A stretch of DNA of 64,000 bases from Cirrosporium novae-zelandiae (lineage: Eukaryota). Where the stretch lies: the NCBI GenBank assembly GCA_026023565.1, contig JAPETS010000019.1, positions 62,001 to 126,000 on the forward strand, written 5' to 3'. Below are positions 24,301-34,623 of this stretch, one piece after another; within the stretch, counting starts at the first letter, position 1; each line of letters starts with the position of its first letter. A model generated the notes under the pieces. The model searched no databases and was not told the DNA's origin. It saw nothing but the letters and a program-made list of their open reading frames with translations. Position numbers and translations under genes: made by a program.

Positions 24301-24615
24301 AACTCTGCCTAAAAGCAATGCAATCAGCCTAAAATAATAAGTTATTAAATCGTATTTGTAGTAAGTGGTTTTGCTGAAATAGTACCCTCCGGTAGATGTT
24401 CCTCCTATGAGATCGAAGAAATCTGCTGGTATAGGTTCCTTGTCCAACTTCAGATCGAATTGTATTCGAACCATGATCTCCTTGAGAATAAGCAGCTCTG
24501 TGAGGCCCCGGATCCCACCCCCATCTATTGAAAATAAAAGCTGTTAGGACGAAAGGAACAAATTACAATAAGGTTTCGTACCTAGGGCTAAAAGACACAG
24601 TGGCTGCTCAGCCAT
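21364..24615 (-). pseudogene. Patatin-NB-ARC-TPR NLR pseudogene (RIP-damaged)
   Basis: LCLLAL|DGGGIRG, GGTSTGG, RATSAAPTYF, LDGG (patatin); LGGQGKTQIALEY, WLLIFDNYDD (NB-ARC); LGPDHPNTL..MSNLA (TPR). Frameshift near 24185; in-frame stops at 22540, 22423, 21802, 21796 and 21790. Confidence 0.92.
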
Positions 24616-25663
24616 GGCGTATGTATCAGTAAATGCGGTTCGACTGCTTGATTTATTATGGCCTTGATGCAAGAGTTGATATGGGATGGATAAAACTGAG
24701 AGACAATCGACGGAGAATAGTTCGCCCTTATATCCTATAATGTCTGCTGGAATGGTGGGTGGGTGGTCAGTAGATGGTATCCTTGTAAGGGTTAGGAATC
24801 ATGGTAAGCTATAGTCCACTTGAGTAGCATAAGGTCGCCTACCCCACCTCCATTCAGCCATATTCCAAGGGTCTGCATAGATAGGATCTCTTCTATTAGT
24901 TATGAACAAACCATCATCGAGGATTTCCTTTTTTAGCTTTATCAAAAACGCCAGCAGGACACCAACACAAAATTTCCGCGTCATTTAAATTATATAATAA
25001 ATTGCAGATGAAATATCCTTTGAAACTACAATGTAGTTATCATATCCAAAAGCGTAGTTCATGATGACTGCATGAACAGCTCACGAAAGGACGGATGGAT
25101 GGATGGACATTCGTGGAGACGAAGTTGGGAGGGTTACACAGAGATGTGCTAATATGGTTTAATTAGGCTATTTATGCGCTAGAACAGTTGAGGCTAGCTG
25201 AGTAATTAGCTGGGCAGTAGTGTTACAACACCATGGTGTATGATTATTGGCTGGTAGCTAGGATTTGGAATGAATTTATTGACTGGCCTGAGGATAATGT
25301 GAGAAGGTCTAGGAAAGCTGAGGGAGGGGTGCTTATCATTAGCGACGTTAGATCTCGGGCCAGGTACTCTGGCACTTATCCTAAGGGCAGTAGCTAGCGG
25401 CGTTACATACGAAGAAAATGAAAGCGACGAGGTAAAATGAATTAATTCATAGGACGTAGGAAATAAGTTTGCCAAGCGACAACTATTGGTTTCATTAATC
25501 TATTTGAATGAGCGTTTTCGAAAATGAACTGAGGAGGTGGATATCAACATCGCTAAGTAAATTGTCGGCATGAAAAGTGTTAAGGAAAACAAGCAGTTGG
25601 CGCGGCAGGTCACGACGGGTTTTCATCCAAGTTCATGCGCTACCCCATCATGCATGATTATAT

Positions 25664-28600
25664 CTAATAAACTTCCAAAACATATCTGCCCTCATCCTTC
25701 AACTTCTCAATCTCCTTCTTACTATCCACCCTCTTGCCGACTCTAGCACCCTCGGCTCGAATGGCCTCCTCCAAAACCTCTGTGACATCTGGCACCGGCC
25801 ATGTGGGCCCGCACAGATAAAAGGCACCTTGCTCCTCCATGTACGCTTTTCGGATGTCTTCAAGCGTCTGTCGCATGCGGTCCTGGATATAGATTTTCTG
25901 GGGTTGATCACGGGAGAAAGCACGACCTAGGAGTGTGATGACACCCGCATCTTGGTATGCCTCCCATTCCTCACCATAGCAGTACTCTTCGCGTTGATGA
26001 CGGGAACCCATGTACAGAAGTACGGCACCGATTTCTTTGCCTTGGGACTTTTCTAGTGCGCGGTGTTGGACGAAGGCACGGAAGGGGGCGAGACCTGTGC
26101 CTAGTCCAGCCATGATAAGGGGTTGAGTGCTCTTTGGGGGCAGCTTCATGACTGATGGTTTGACAGAGACAACGACGGGACTGCCTGGGGCTAAGTCTTT
26201 GAGGTAGCGAGTTGCTTGGCCGAAGCGATCTCGCCCTTTGGGGTCGACCCAGCTTACAGCAACGATCATGAGGGCAACAGCTGTGGGGGAGACTTTCTGG
26301 CAGGATGCAATCGAGTATTCGCGGCGTTTCATGGGGGAGACGATGCGTGCGAGGTCTGGGAAGGATGGGTGGGCAGAGGGGAATTCTAGAAGGATGTCGG
26401 CGAAGGTGATGGTGTCGACTTCGGCACGACGTTTGAACTCGACGGCACCTTCAGGACCAGCTAGGGCCAGAAGGGCGGTTTTTTCGGAGTCAGAGGTCGT
26501 GAAGGATGCCAGAGATTCATAGAAGCGTTTAGGTGGTTTACCGAAGATATCAATATTCTGTACTAGAGCTTGGTAGATGGTGCGGGTTTCGAGAACCTTG
26601 GGATCTTCGCGTGAGGGAACTTGCACGATGGCGGAGGGATCAAGGCCGTAGAATTTTATGAATTCAGTGACTTCGGAGGAATCATTTTCAGCGTGGATGC
26701 CTAGTGCTTCACCGATATCGTATTTGAGACCTGTGGTGCCTAGGTCAAATTCGATATGGAAGATATTACGGTCGTAGGTTGGGGGGGTGAGACGCCTATT
26801 TTCCTTGACATGGACGGTGAAGGTCTTGACGGAAAGATCGGGTCGGAGTGCGGGCGTCGTGCCATACGCTTCCTTGAACATGAGAGCCTTGGCCACGGCC
26901 TTCCAGTCCTTCAGAGCAGAAGGTTCTTCGTCTTCAACTTTGCCAAAGGCCGAGAAACTGTTGAAATTGATGTCCCCAGGGAGGACAGGATCATGAGTTT
27001 CCTTTTCCGGTTCCAAGGTTGCCCAAACTTCAGGGATTTCAATTTGACGTAAAGTCTTATCGAGGCCTTGACGGACAGTTTCAAAGCGGGCTTGGCTGCC
27101 AACAATGGAAGCAAGCTTTTGGAAGCCAGTGGATTCTTGGCTAGGGATAGCAACACGGAGGAAAGCAGCGTGAACGAGATATTGTTCGAGACTAGGATCG
27201 TTGGTAATTTCCTCGTCAGCTTGTGGATTGACGACAAAGAGGTCGATCTTCTTGCCAGCAAGCGCTTTACGGAAACCAAGAGGGAGAGTCTTTTCAATGT
27301 CCTCATCTTTGATACTTGGAAGTCGAAGAATCAATTTTCCGTTATCCCTAACGCTCTGGACGAGGTCAAGGTCTTTGAGAAGCTTGCTATCGCCAATGTA
27401 TGCGACATCAGCACGATCAATTGAGTAAGAAGCTTCAACGGTCCTCTTGGATCTCCTGATATCGATGCGAATTGCACCTCCTTGAAGCATGTTGTCATAA
27501 CCAGTCTTGACGGTAACGTTATTCGCAGAATCTATCGCAAAAGCTTGACCAAGACTAATAGCCGCGATCGCGGAAGGAGAATCATCAATATCCCAGAAGG
27601 TATATTGCTGAACAGACGCTGGGTCAAGGAGTTGAAGCCCATTGGGTGATGTGCCATTTTCTTCCTGTCGTAGAACCGGTTTGCCGAACAGCAACTGGAA
27701 GGCTGCAGCGATCGACACTGGGGTCCATCTCTCTTCCCTGGGATACTTGATATCCCGGATGGATGTTGTGTCAATGTCTCTGGTAGAGAAGTTGATTGCA
27801 GCAAGGACATCATCATACAATCTCGAACGAATGCTGCTATCTGAAACAGCTGCTTTGTCATGAACCTGGCCAAGAATGCCGACTTTCTTAACCGATGCGG
27901 GGAGAACTCGGATAAATTCCTCTTCAACAAATGGTCGATAAACACGGACGGTAACCACACCAATCTTAGTGCCATCTTTGCTCAAACACTCTGCCACTTG
28001 AGATGCCAAGGATGATTCCACTGATCCGAACACAACCAGGATTGCTTCCGCCTCCGCATGACCCTTGTATTCAAATAGGCCATAGTCGGTACCGAGTTCG
28101 CCGTTAAAGGCTTTGAGAAGTTGAAGAGCCCGACCCTCGGCATCTGTATGCTTGCTACTTGGACCGGCGATTTCCTGGGAGATGGACTTGTATACGTCAA
28201 AGAGACCATGTTGATCAAGCACGTCGACTACTCGGACAGTTTCGCGAGCGATTGTAAGACCATCGTAGATGTGAACAGTCGGTAGAATAGCTGCAAGAAG
28301 AGTAGAGAATAGTGCCATGTGCTGGGACTCGTAGGCAGAAAGACTCGAGACCAAGCCGAGACCAAGCTCGTCGGCGACGGTGATGGCAGTTGAGTAATCT
28401 GTTACTAGCCCGCTGGAAGAGCCTCCAGCATAGTCAACAGCAGCGACATGAGCAACAAAGGGATTTGCGACCGAGTATAGCAGGGAGAGCTGATCCAATG
28501 CTGGGCGAAGAAATTGCAAAGTTGATGTGGAGGTGAGAACAGTCTGAGGGATATGTCTCTTCTTTAAATCGAAATCCTTTGAAAATATATAACCTAAAGC

Positions 28601-28954
28601 TATTGACCCAGCACCCATGCGAGTCTCCATGGGCTGGACGCCAGTGACATATCCATAAGCATTTTGCGCATTCTGAGAGGCCCAATCTTTCACGGCAAAG
28701 TCGAGATCAAATGTCTCTGGAGAATATGAGAAAACCTTGTCCGAGAGTGTATAGAGGACTTGTTGGATCAGAGTCTGCGCGGTTATGTATGTCGGGCCTC
28801 CAATGGAGGAGAGGGAAAGCCGTTGGCCGAAAGGAAGAGTTGAAGAATGCTGCTGAAATACTTTCAAGGCGGTCTCTGTGTTGCTTGCGCTCTTGGAGTC
28901 TTTGTGAGCATCAGAGGCACCCGGGCCATTGGATTCGACAGATACACTGCGCAT
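25664..28954 (-). CDS. MET10: Sulfite reductase [NADPH] flavoprotein (alpha) subunit
   Basis: 1096 aa; PFOR-like N-terminal region; FAD/NADPH domain with REYSIAS, MAGLGTGLAPFRAF, AFSRDQPQKIYIQ, FYLCGP, GRYVLEVY terminus. Confidence 0.95.
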   Translation of the reverse strand: MRSVSVESNGPGASDAHKDSKSASNTETALKVFQQHSSTLPFGQRLSLSSIGGPTYITAQTLIQQVLYTLSDKVFSYSPETFDLDFAVKDWASQNAQNAYGYVTGVQPMETRMGAGSIALGYIFSKDFDLKKRHIPQTVLTSTSTLQFLRPALDQLSLLYSVANPFVAHVAAVDYAGGSSSGLVTDYSTAITVADELGLGLVSSLSAYESQHMALFSTLLAAILPTVHIYDGLTIARETVRVVDVLDQHGLFDVYKSISQEIAGPSSKHTDAEGRALQLLKAFNGELGTDYGLFEYKGHAEAEAILVVFGSVESSLASQVAECLSKDGTKIGVVTVRVYRPFVEEEFIRVLPASVKKVGILGQVHDKAAVSDSSIRSRLYDDVLAAINFSTRDIDTTSIRDIKYPREERWTPVSIAAAFQLLFGKPVLRQEENGTSPNGLQLLDPASVQQYTFWDIDDSPSAIAAISLGQAFAIDSANNVTVKTGYDNMLQGGAIRIDIRRSKRTVEASYSIDRADVAYIGDSKLLKDLDLVQSVRDNGKLILRLPSIKDEDIEKTLPLGFRKALAGKKIDLFVVNPQADEEITNDPSLEQYLVHAAFLRVAIPSQESTGFQKLASIVGSQARFETVRQGLDKTLRQIEIPEVWATLEPEKETHDPVLPGDINFNSFSAFGKVEDEEPSALKDWKAVAKALMFKEAYGTTPALRPDLSVKTFTVHVKENRRLTPPTYDRNIFHIEFDLGTTGLKYDIGEALGIHAENDSSEVTEFIKFYGLDPSAIVQVPSREDPKVLETRTIYQALVQNIDIFGKPPKRFYESLASFTTSDSEKTALLALAGPEGAVEFKRRAEVDTITFADILLEFPSAHPSFPDLARIVSPMKRREYSIASCQKVSPTAVALMIVAVSWVDPKGRDRFGQATRYLKDLAPGSPVVVSVKPSVMKLPPKSTQPLIMAGLGTGLAPFRAFVQHRALEKSQGKEIGAVLLYMGSRHQREEYCYGEEWEAYQDAGVITLLGRAFSRDQPQKIYIQDRMRQTLEDIRKAYMEEQGAFYLCGPTWPVPDVTEVLEEAIRAEGARVGKRVDSKKEIEKLKDEGRYVLEVY

Positions 28955-31226
28955 CGTGAACTAGGAGGATTTGGACGATGCAGAGGAGATGATGGAGGGG
29001 AGTATGAGGAGAAGAGGAACAGAGGATGAGATTTATTTAGCGGCGAACCCATTGCGATTTCGGCGATTGAGACAAAAAAAAGTTGTCATGTAGCATTGAC
29101 TAATTGTCGATTGCGTGCTTGAGATTAACAACAAAGCTTGGAATGAAGTTTTCTTTCGGTCCCCACGTCCCTTATCCGCTGGGTTTGGTGGGGTCGCTTC
29201 CGATAAGCCCACCCCTCAAATCGTTTTAGCGTCGGAAGAGGGATCCTTTCTTCCATTTCGCTTATAAATTCTGAATAGCTCGAACGACAGAGACCCGGAA
29301 AGATAAGATAAGATCTTAATCATTCCATACCATCCGGATTCCGAATCTAATTACTCAACCCCGGTCCGATATCTAATCAGATAATCAGATCAAAATTATC
29401 CAAGACCACAGGACTCCCGTGCACGTACGAAGAATACACTCTAGAAGGAATATAATCCAGCAAGCGTTGTGCACTAGTGTTTGCAAGGCATCCATATATA
29501 TCATCGTATGCCCTACCCTTATCTAAGAAAACAAAACCATAAAAACTATATTTTGAATGACGTTATTCACTTTATTATCAAATACATCTCAATCTAGGAA
29601 TATATTATTTGCTATTATCAGTGCCAGCTAAATTTCATTAAATACCTAGGTATATAATTTATAAAAAATCTAACTATAAATGGTAAACCGAATATCTACA
29701 CTGTGGTAAGATGAACGGACCCTGCAAGATACAAGACGCATCCTTAAATTTAAGCTTATCCCCAAATTCGCTAATTCGTTCTACAAAAAACTCTCAAAAA
29801 TTAGATCGGATGCGAAACCTTTCCTAATTATTAATAAAGACAAGGCGTTTTATACAACAAAGCATGAAAAGTATCTTTCTCCTGTTGAAATCACTAAAGG
29901 GGGAAAAAAGGGAAGGAGGGAGAGACCTTACAAATAACAACAACTCCATGGTAAAAAAAGAAGAAAAAAAAGAAATCTCTCAAGGGAAAGAAAATGAAAA
30001 GAAGTTAACTGGATTAACTAGATTACTGTCACTGAGTAAGTAACCTAATAGCCTCCCTATTATATTTTTATTATATTGAACAAGTATGTGGTACTTAAGT
30101 ACATATACAAGTTCGCAAGCTCAACAAAGTACCTAGGCATAAATAGAGTAATTATACATCAGTGTAGTAAAGTTAGCGATTCATCGCACCCATAATCCAT
30201 TCATTTTATTCATCGCACGAGCGAGTACTGACTAAGACCGACTGCCTTGAACCACTTGGAGTTTCTGTGATAACATCTCGTGGGTGTGCTATATCTAGGA
30301 CAGGCCAAGTCAGGTCAGGCTAGATCCATGGCTTTCCATTTCGTTTCATTTCGTTTACATATATATATATAATTATCCCAAAGCCCAACTCGGCTTGTGT
30401 GTGTTACTTGGGTTACCAAAACAGAATGGCCATTAGAATACACTACTAATTACCACCCAGCCAACTCCCATGGGCTAGTATCAGCCAGAAAAGTAAACTT
30501 GTTTGGATATGCTTTTACAGTGTTTACTTAGTAGGAGCTTGTTTTTTTCTTGGCTTGCGGCTTGGTTGGTTGCATGTCTTGATATAGATTAATCGATCGT
30601 TTAAGAGTCGTAGGATACCTACCCATGAAATAAAAATATAAAAGGTATGAGTTCGGGTTTATGCTGTGCTATCGAACCAGGTTAGCCAGGCTTAAAAGAC
30701 CTACCCTATACTCAAAGATATCTTCGATTGCTTTACATTCATACTATACCCGCCAACGCTTCATCGTTATTGGCATCTTCATAGTTAATTTTAAATGGGG
30801 GTGGGGTACTACAAACTACCACTACTAACGAGTATCCCGATTCCTATCTGCAACAAAACAATACTACGTATATTGGCATCTCCCTCTCTCCACTCCCTAC
30901 CATAATACCATAATGTATTGATGCTGATCTGTGTGTTCCCTAACCCCCTTTCCTAGTCCCGGATATCTGGAGATATCAGCACCACCCTTCTCCCGCTGAA
31001 CGAAAAAACTTTGTTTGTACGTTTGGTACCCGGAATCATCCGTGTGTGTGTATGCGTGTGCGTGTGTGCGTGCAATTCAATCTTGCAAAAAGTCGCGAAA
31101 GGGGGTATCAAGAAATCCCGCATGAATGACAAGACAGACAGACAGATAGACATATACCCTACATCTCCTTTCCATAATTTTGCAGATCATGTCTAAGCAA
31201 CTCTCTGCAGACCGCGGAAACATCTT

Positions 31227-33029
31227 TCATAAAGTTTTCACCTTCATCCATTCGGAGGTTCCAACTCCGAGGTTTAAGCCATTCTTTGCCCACCAGCGTC
31301 GGATTTCTTCTTCTTGTGGTCCGGCTACGCTATCCTCGAGCGCTTCTTCAATGTCACAGGTTTTGTATTCAACTCTGTAACCGCTGCGTTTCCACCATTC
31401 TAGAACGTTGCTGTGGCCGTTCTTTGTGGGGCAAACTAGAACTTGGTTGTCGTAAATCATTTTCTCCCCCTTGAGCGCTTTCCAGGCAGAGAGGACGTTC
31501 ACGTGACCATGCGCTGATGCCATCTTGGCTACGCTCTCCTCGTGTAGATATGCGATTCCAGATAGATCCCACCATCGGACGACGTCGGCCTGACCACCCT
31601 GTGCGGCGTAGCAGATGGACCTGCCAACCTTTTGGGCCAGGGGGTTTTCGGTTGAGGTGAATGCTTTTTTCCACCACTCCAGGACGGTGATGTGGCCCTT
31701 TGACGATGCTCCTTCGAGAGCTGCGGCGGTGTATTTGAGCGTCAGGCCTGACTGCCGCCACCAGTCTAGGACGTTGACAAATCCGGCCTTGGACGCGCCG
31801 TCGATGGCTTCGGATGTGTACTCTTTATTTAGGAAGAAGGGGGAGGTTCGCCAGAACTCGAGGATTTCGACACGGGGGAATATGGCGGATGCTTTGATGG
31901 GGAGAAGGGTATGGGAGAAGGTACTGCGGAATAGGTCCTGTTTATTGGTAGAGAGATAGTTGAGCAGGGGTACAAGTCCAAACTTTAGAATGATTGTTGT
32001 GGGTTGTTGGGTGAGATATGGTGGTGGCGGATCCATGCTATTGAGATGAGCGATGGCTTCTTCTAGAGTACCTGTCAACAGGGTCCAGGAGAAATAGAAC
32101 ATGTTATGATGGAGGGTTGGTAATGGAACATCAGGGTATTGCCACTCGGGTGGGGTTGGGAGGGTTGTATAGACGCCAAGAGCCTTAGAAATTTCCCAGT
32201 CTCCAACATAGTCAAAGATGATGCTCCAAATTTCAGGTGGAAGACGTTGGCAGGTACGACGAGACGAGTTGTGTGGTAGTACGCCTCCCGTGTTCATAGT
32301 AACCTCAACGCCTTGGCCAATCGACATTAAATCAGCTTGAACATTGACTGCTTCCATCACCTCATCCATGCCTTCCCACTTCACACATTTTTTTTCCCCT
32401 TGGTATTGCCACAGCAGGGGTTGTATCACACGAACCCAGGTCCATTGTCTTCTGATTTTGTTCAACTGTTTTTTTGTCATAGGGTTTTCCCAAGCAGCTA
32501 CTGTCATGCCGGGGACCATCAATATCTTTTTGAATACATCCCACCCTCGAAGCACCTCTAGTAGTAAGTTGTTGGTGAAACCATGTAGCATTTTGGCCAA
32601 ATTATTCGTATCGATAGGAGCTAGGATAAGCAGGTCGGCCCAGGCACTGAGCTCGGCGGCCTTTCGTTCGCGTTCTTCTTCTGGTACTGGTTGATAGACT
32701 GCACAACTTCCAGATGGTCCCAAAGGATTGTCGTTGAATGGATCTCCTAGCCTCAAAGTATCTTGAATCCATTGCCAGTTTCCGTGGCTGTTACTGAGGA
32801 TAGCTTGAACCGATAAATTTGACCTTGTGCATAGCTTGCCGAGAATATTTCGGGTGATGGCGAAATCAATGGCGTTTGTGGATGCGAGCAAGACCTTGAG
32901 CTTAGAAGTCTTTTCGGTGGTAGACATATCTGACAGGGAGGCTGAGGAAGAATTCCGTTGTCCCTCTGTCATATTTGAGGCCGTCATGAAATCTCCCATT
33001 TCTATGGGAGCTAAGGGATTCGGGAGCAT
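31227..33029 (-). CDS. HFCD (PPC-decarboxylase-like) flavoprotein domain + F-box-like motif + ankyrin-like repeat protein
   Basis: WADLLILAPIDTNNLAKMLHGFTNNLL...GWD...MVPGM...WENP (HFCD fold); RLPPEIWSIIFDY (F-box-like, about 32196-32246); repeated ASxxGHVNVLEWW units. First ATG is at 33029 (the ORF track starts at a GTG). Confidence 0.85.
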   Translation of the reverse strand: MLPNPLAPIEMGDFMTASNMTEGQRNSSSASLSDMSTTEKTSKLKVLLASTNAIDFAITRNILGKLCTRSNLSVQAILSNSHGNWQWIQDTLRLGDPFNDNPLGPSGSCAVYQPVPEEERERKAAELSAWADLLILAPIDTNNLAKMLHGFTNNLLLEVLRGWDVFKKILMVPGMTVAAWENPMTKKQLNKIRRQWTWVRVIQPLLWQYQGEKKCVKWEGMDEVMEAVNVQADLMSIGQGVEVTMNTGGVLPHNSSRRTCQRLPPEIWSIIFDYVGDWEISKALGVYTTLPTPPEWQYPDVPLPTLHHNMFYFSWTLLTGTLEEAIAHLNSMDPPPPYLTQQPTTIILKFGLVPLLNYLSTNKQDLFRSTFSHTLLPIKASAIFPRVEILEFWRTSPFFLNKEYTSEAIDGASKAGFVNVLDWWRQSGLTLKYTAAALEGASSKGHITVLEWWKKAFTSTENPLAQKVGRSICYAAQGGQADVVRWWDLSGIAYLHEESVAKMASAHGHVNVLSAWKALKGEKMIYDNQVLVCPTKNGHSNVLEWWKRSGYRVEYKTCDIEEALEDSVAGPQEEEIRRWWAKNGLNLGVGTSEWMKVKTL

Positions 33030-33156
33030 TGTACTATATCGAGCAGGACGAATGATGTGGAAGGTTGTCGGGAGCACACGTCTCACAGACCGCTATTTTA
33101 GACGGATGGCGCGCCTGTTTCGGTTTTGGGCATGATGAGTGGAGGTGTTGTAAAAT

Positions 33157-33208
33157 GAATGGGCTGAATGGGCTGAATGGGATGAATGGGAGAGTTGGGA
33201 GAGTTGGG
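33157..33208. repeat. 9-bp tandem repeat (GAATGGGCT/GAGTTGGGA variants) upstream of the flavoprotein gene
   Basis: About six degenerate 9-mers read directly. Confidence 0.75.
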
Positions 33209-33848
33209 GATAGACGATTACTTGACCTGAAATTCGTAAAGCGTAAAGTGGACTCGCTCATTTGATGTTCGGAAGGGAAAGAAAACGATTCGGGAGGACT
33301 TCTAACGGTTTACGGCAATTAATACCAAAAACAACCCAGACTAATCAGCCGATGACCCAAGACAGGTCACGGAATAAATCATTCCACTATTAAGCCAACT
33401 AATTACTGGATTCTATCAGTTCTACTCAGTATCAGCCCATTCCTCATTGCCAAATCATTTGATGAGGTAAACAACTGCGAGGCGACGGAGACTAATGACA
33501 GTATCTACGAACTAGTTGCTTTTATTCATATGCGTTGTATACAACAAATAATATTCGGTTTTTCCATCAAACCCCTCTGTGGCAAATACCTGGTTATTTA
33601 TTTGTCGGGTTGGTGTTGTGTGTCTGCTATTTTGGCCTTGATATTTTGTCGACAAACTTCGGATCTGGTGGAATGCAGCTTTACCGTCATAACGATACGC
33701 TTGATGTCATCAACAGTACTATAATTACATACCTGATAGGTAGGGCATGTTTTTTTCTTTTTGCACTCGGAACATTATTTAATCCTCAAAAATAGGGTTA
33801 TTTTGTTAGGGCTGTGGCTGCACGATGGGTTCATTCTGAAGCCATGAC

Positions 33849-33879
33849 GTCTTGTCTTGTCTTGTCTTGTCTTGTCTTG
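33849..33879. repeat. (GTCTT)6 microsatellite in the divergent intergenic region
   Basis: Read directly. Confidence 0.9.
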
Positions 33880-34623
33880 CGTCCTTGGCCATCTCCCTTG
33901 GTAAGTCTCTACATAACCGGGTCGCAGTAGATCAAACCCGATATCGTCATTACCATCAATATTTCGGTTTTTTTCAATATTAGATACTTCATCGGTCATC
34001 ATTATGCACTATTGGAATGCATCAACCTAATAAAAGTCTCCTCTGTATAAAGTTGCAAAGTTATTTAATGCAGCCACAGATGCACGTGAGAGACGTAGCC
34101 TAAATGATCCCCCAATCCTCCTCTCGCTTTCCACTGTCCACTTTCGAGGCCCCATTTCCGCTCCTTCCCTTTCCTTGTCGGCTTCTCTAGACCTTCAACT
34201 GGCTGGTGCCACACTGTATCTATCCTTTTTCTTCATTTTTGCCACTTCCTCAGGGTTCACTGTTCCACTGTTCATTGCTGTCAATTTTGTACTCTGAACT
34301 TGCTACTCTCAGAACAACGATCCTCAAACCTATCAATTTAAATACCTAATATCTCTGCTTTTAATGTCTCTTAACTGTTTCCATCGTTTCCTTCTCTTCG
34401 AACTCTACTTATAAATCTTTCATTATTGCCAAGGACATGCTCTCTGCTCAGCAAAAGAGTTCCAATCATCTTCTGTGGATAATCTCGACTCGGGTACGCA
34501 TCCTACGACATAACGTCCCAACTTCGACCGAATGATCTCCCTGCAAACCTTCTTAGCCTGTCCTTTTGATCTGAGTCTCGTACTTGGCTAAGCTATTTGC
34601 TCTTGGTAAGCGTCGAAGCAACA

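Noticed and set aside
12100..25600. Complete Starship element
   Set aside because: No tyrosine-recombinase captain, no boundary repeats found, and the 5S gene is uninterrupted; kept only as a hypothesis.
27000..28954. PFOR-like domains fused to a diflavin-reductase FAD/NADPH module as a novel fusion
   Set aside because: This is the normal architecture of fungal Met10.
28864..29052. Upstream overlapping ORF of MET10
   Set aside because: Its ATG lies upstream of the TAAATAAA element and pyrimidine-rich leader, so it is probably not in the mRNA; no TSS data.
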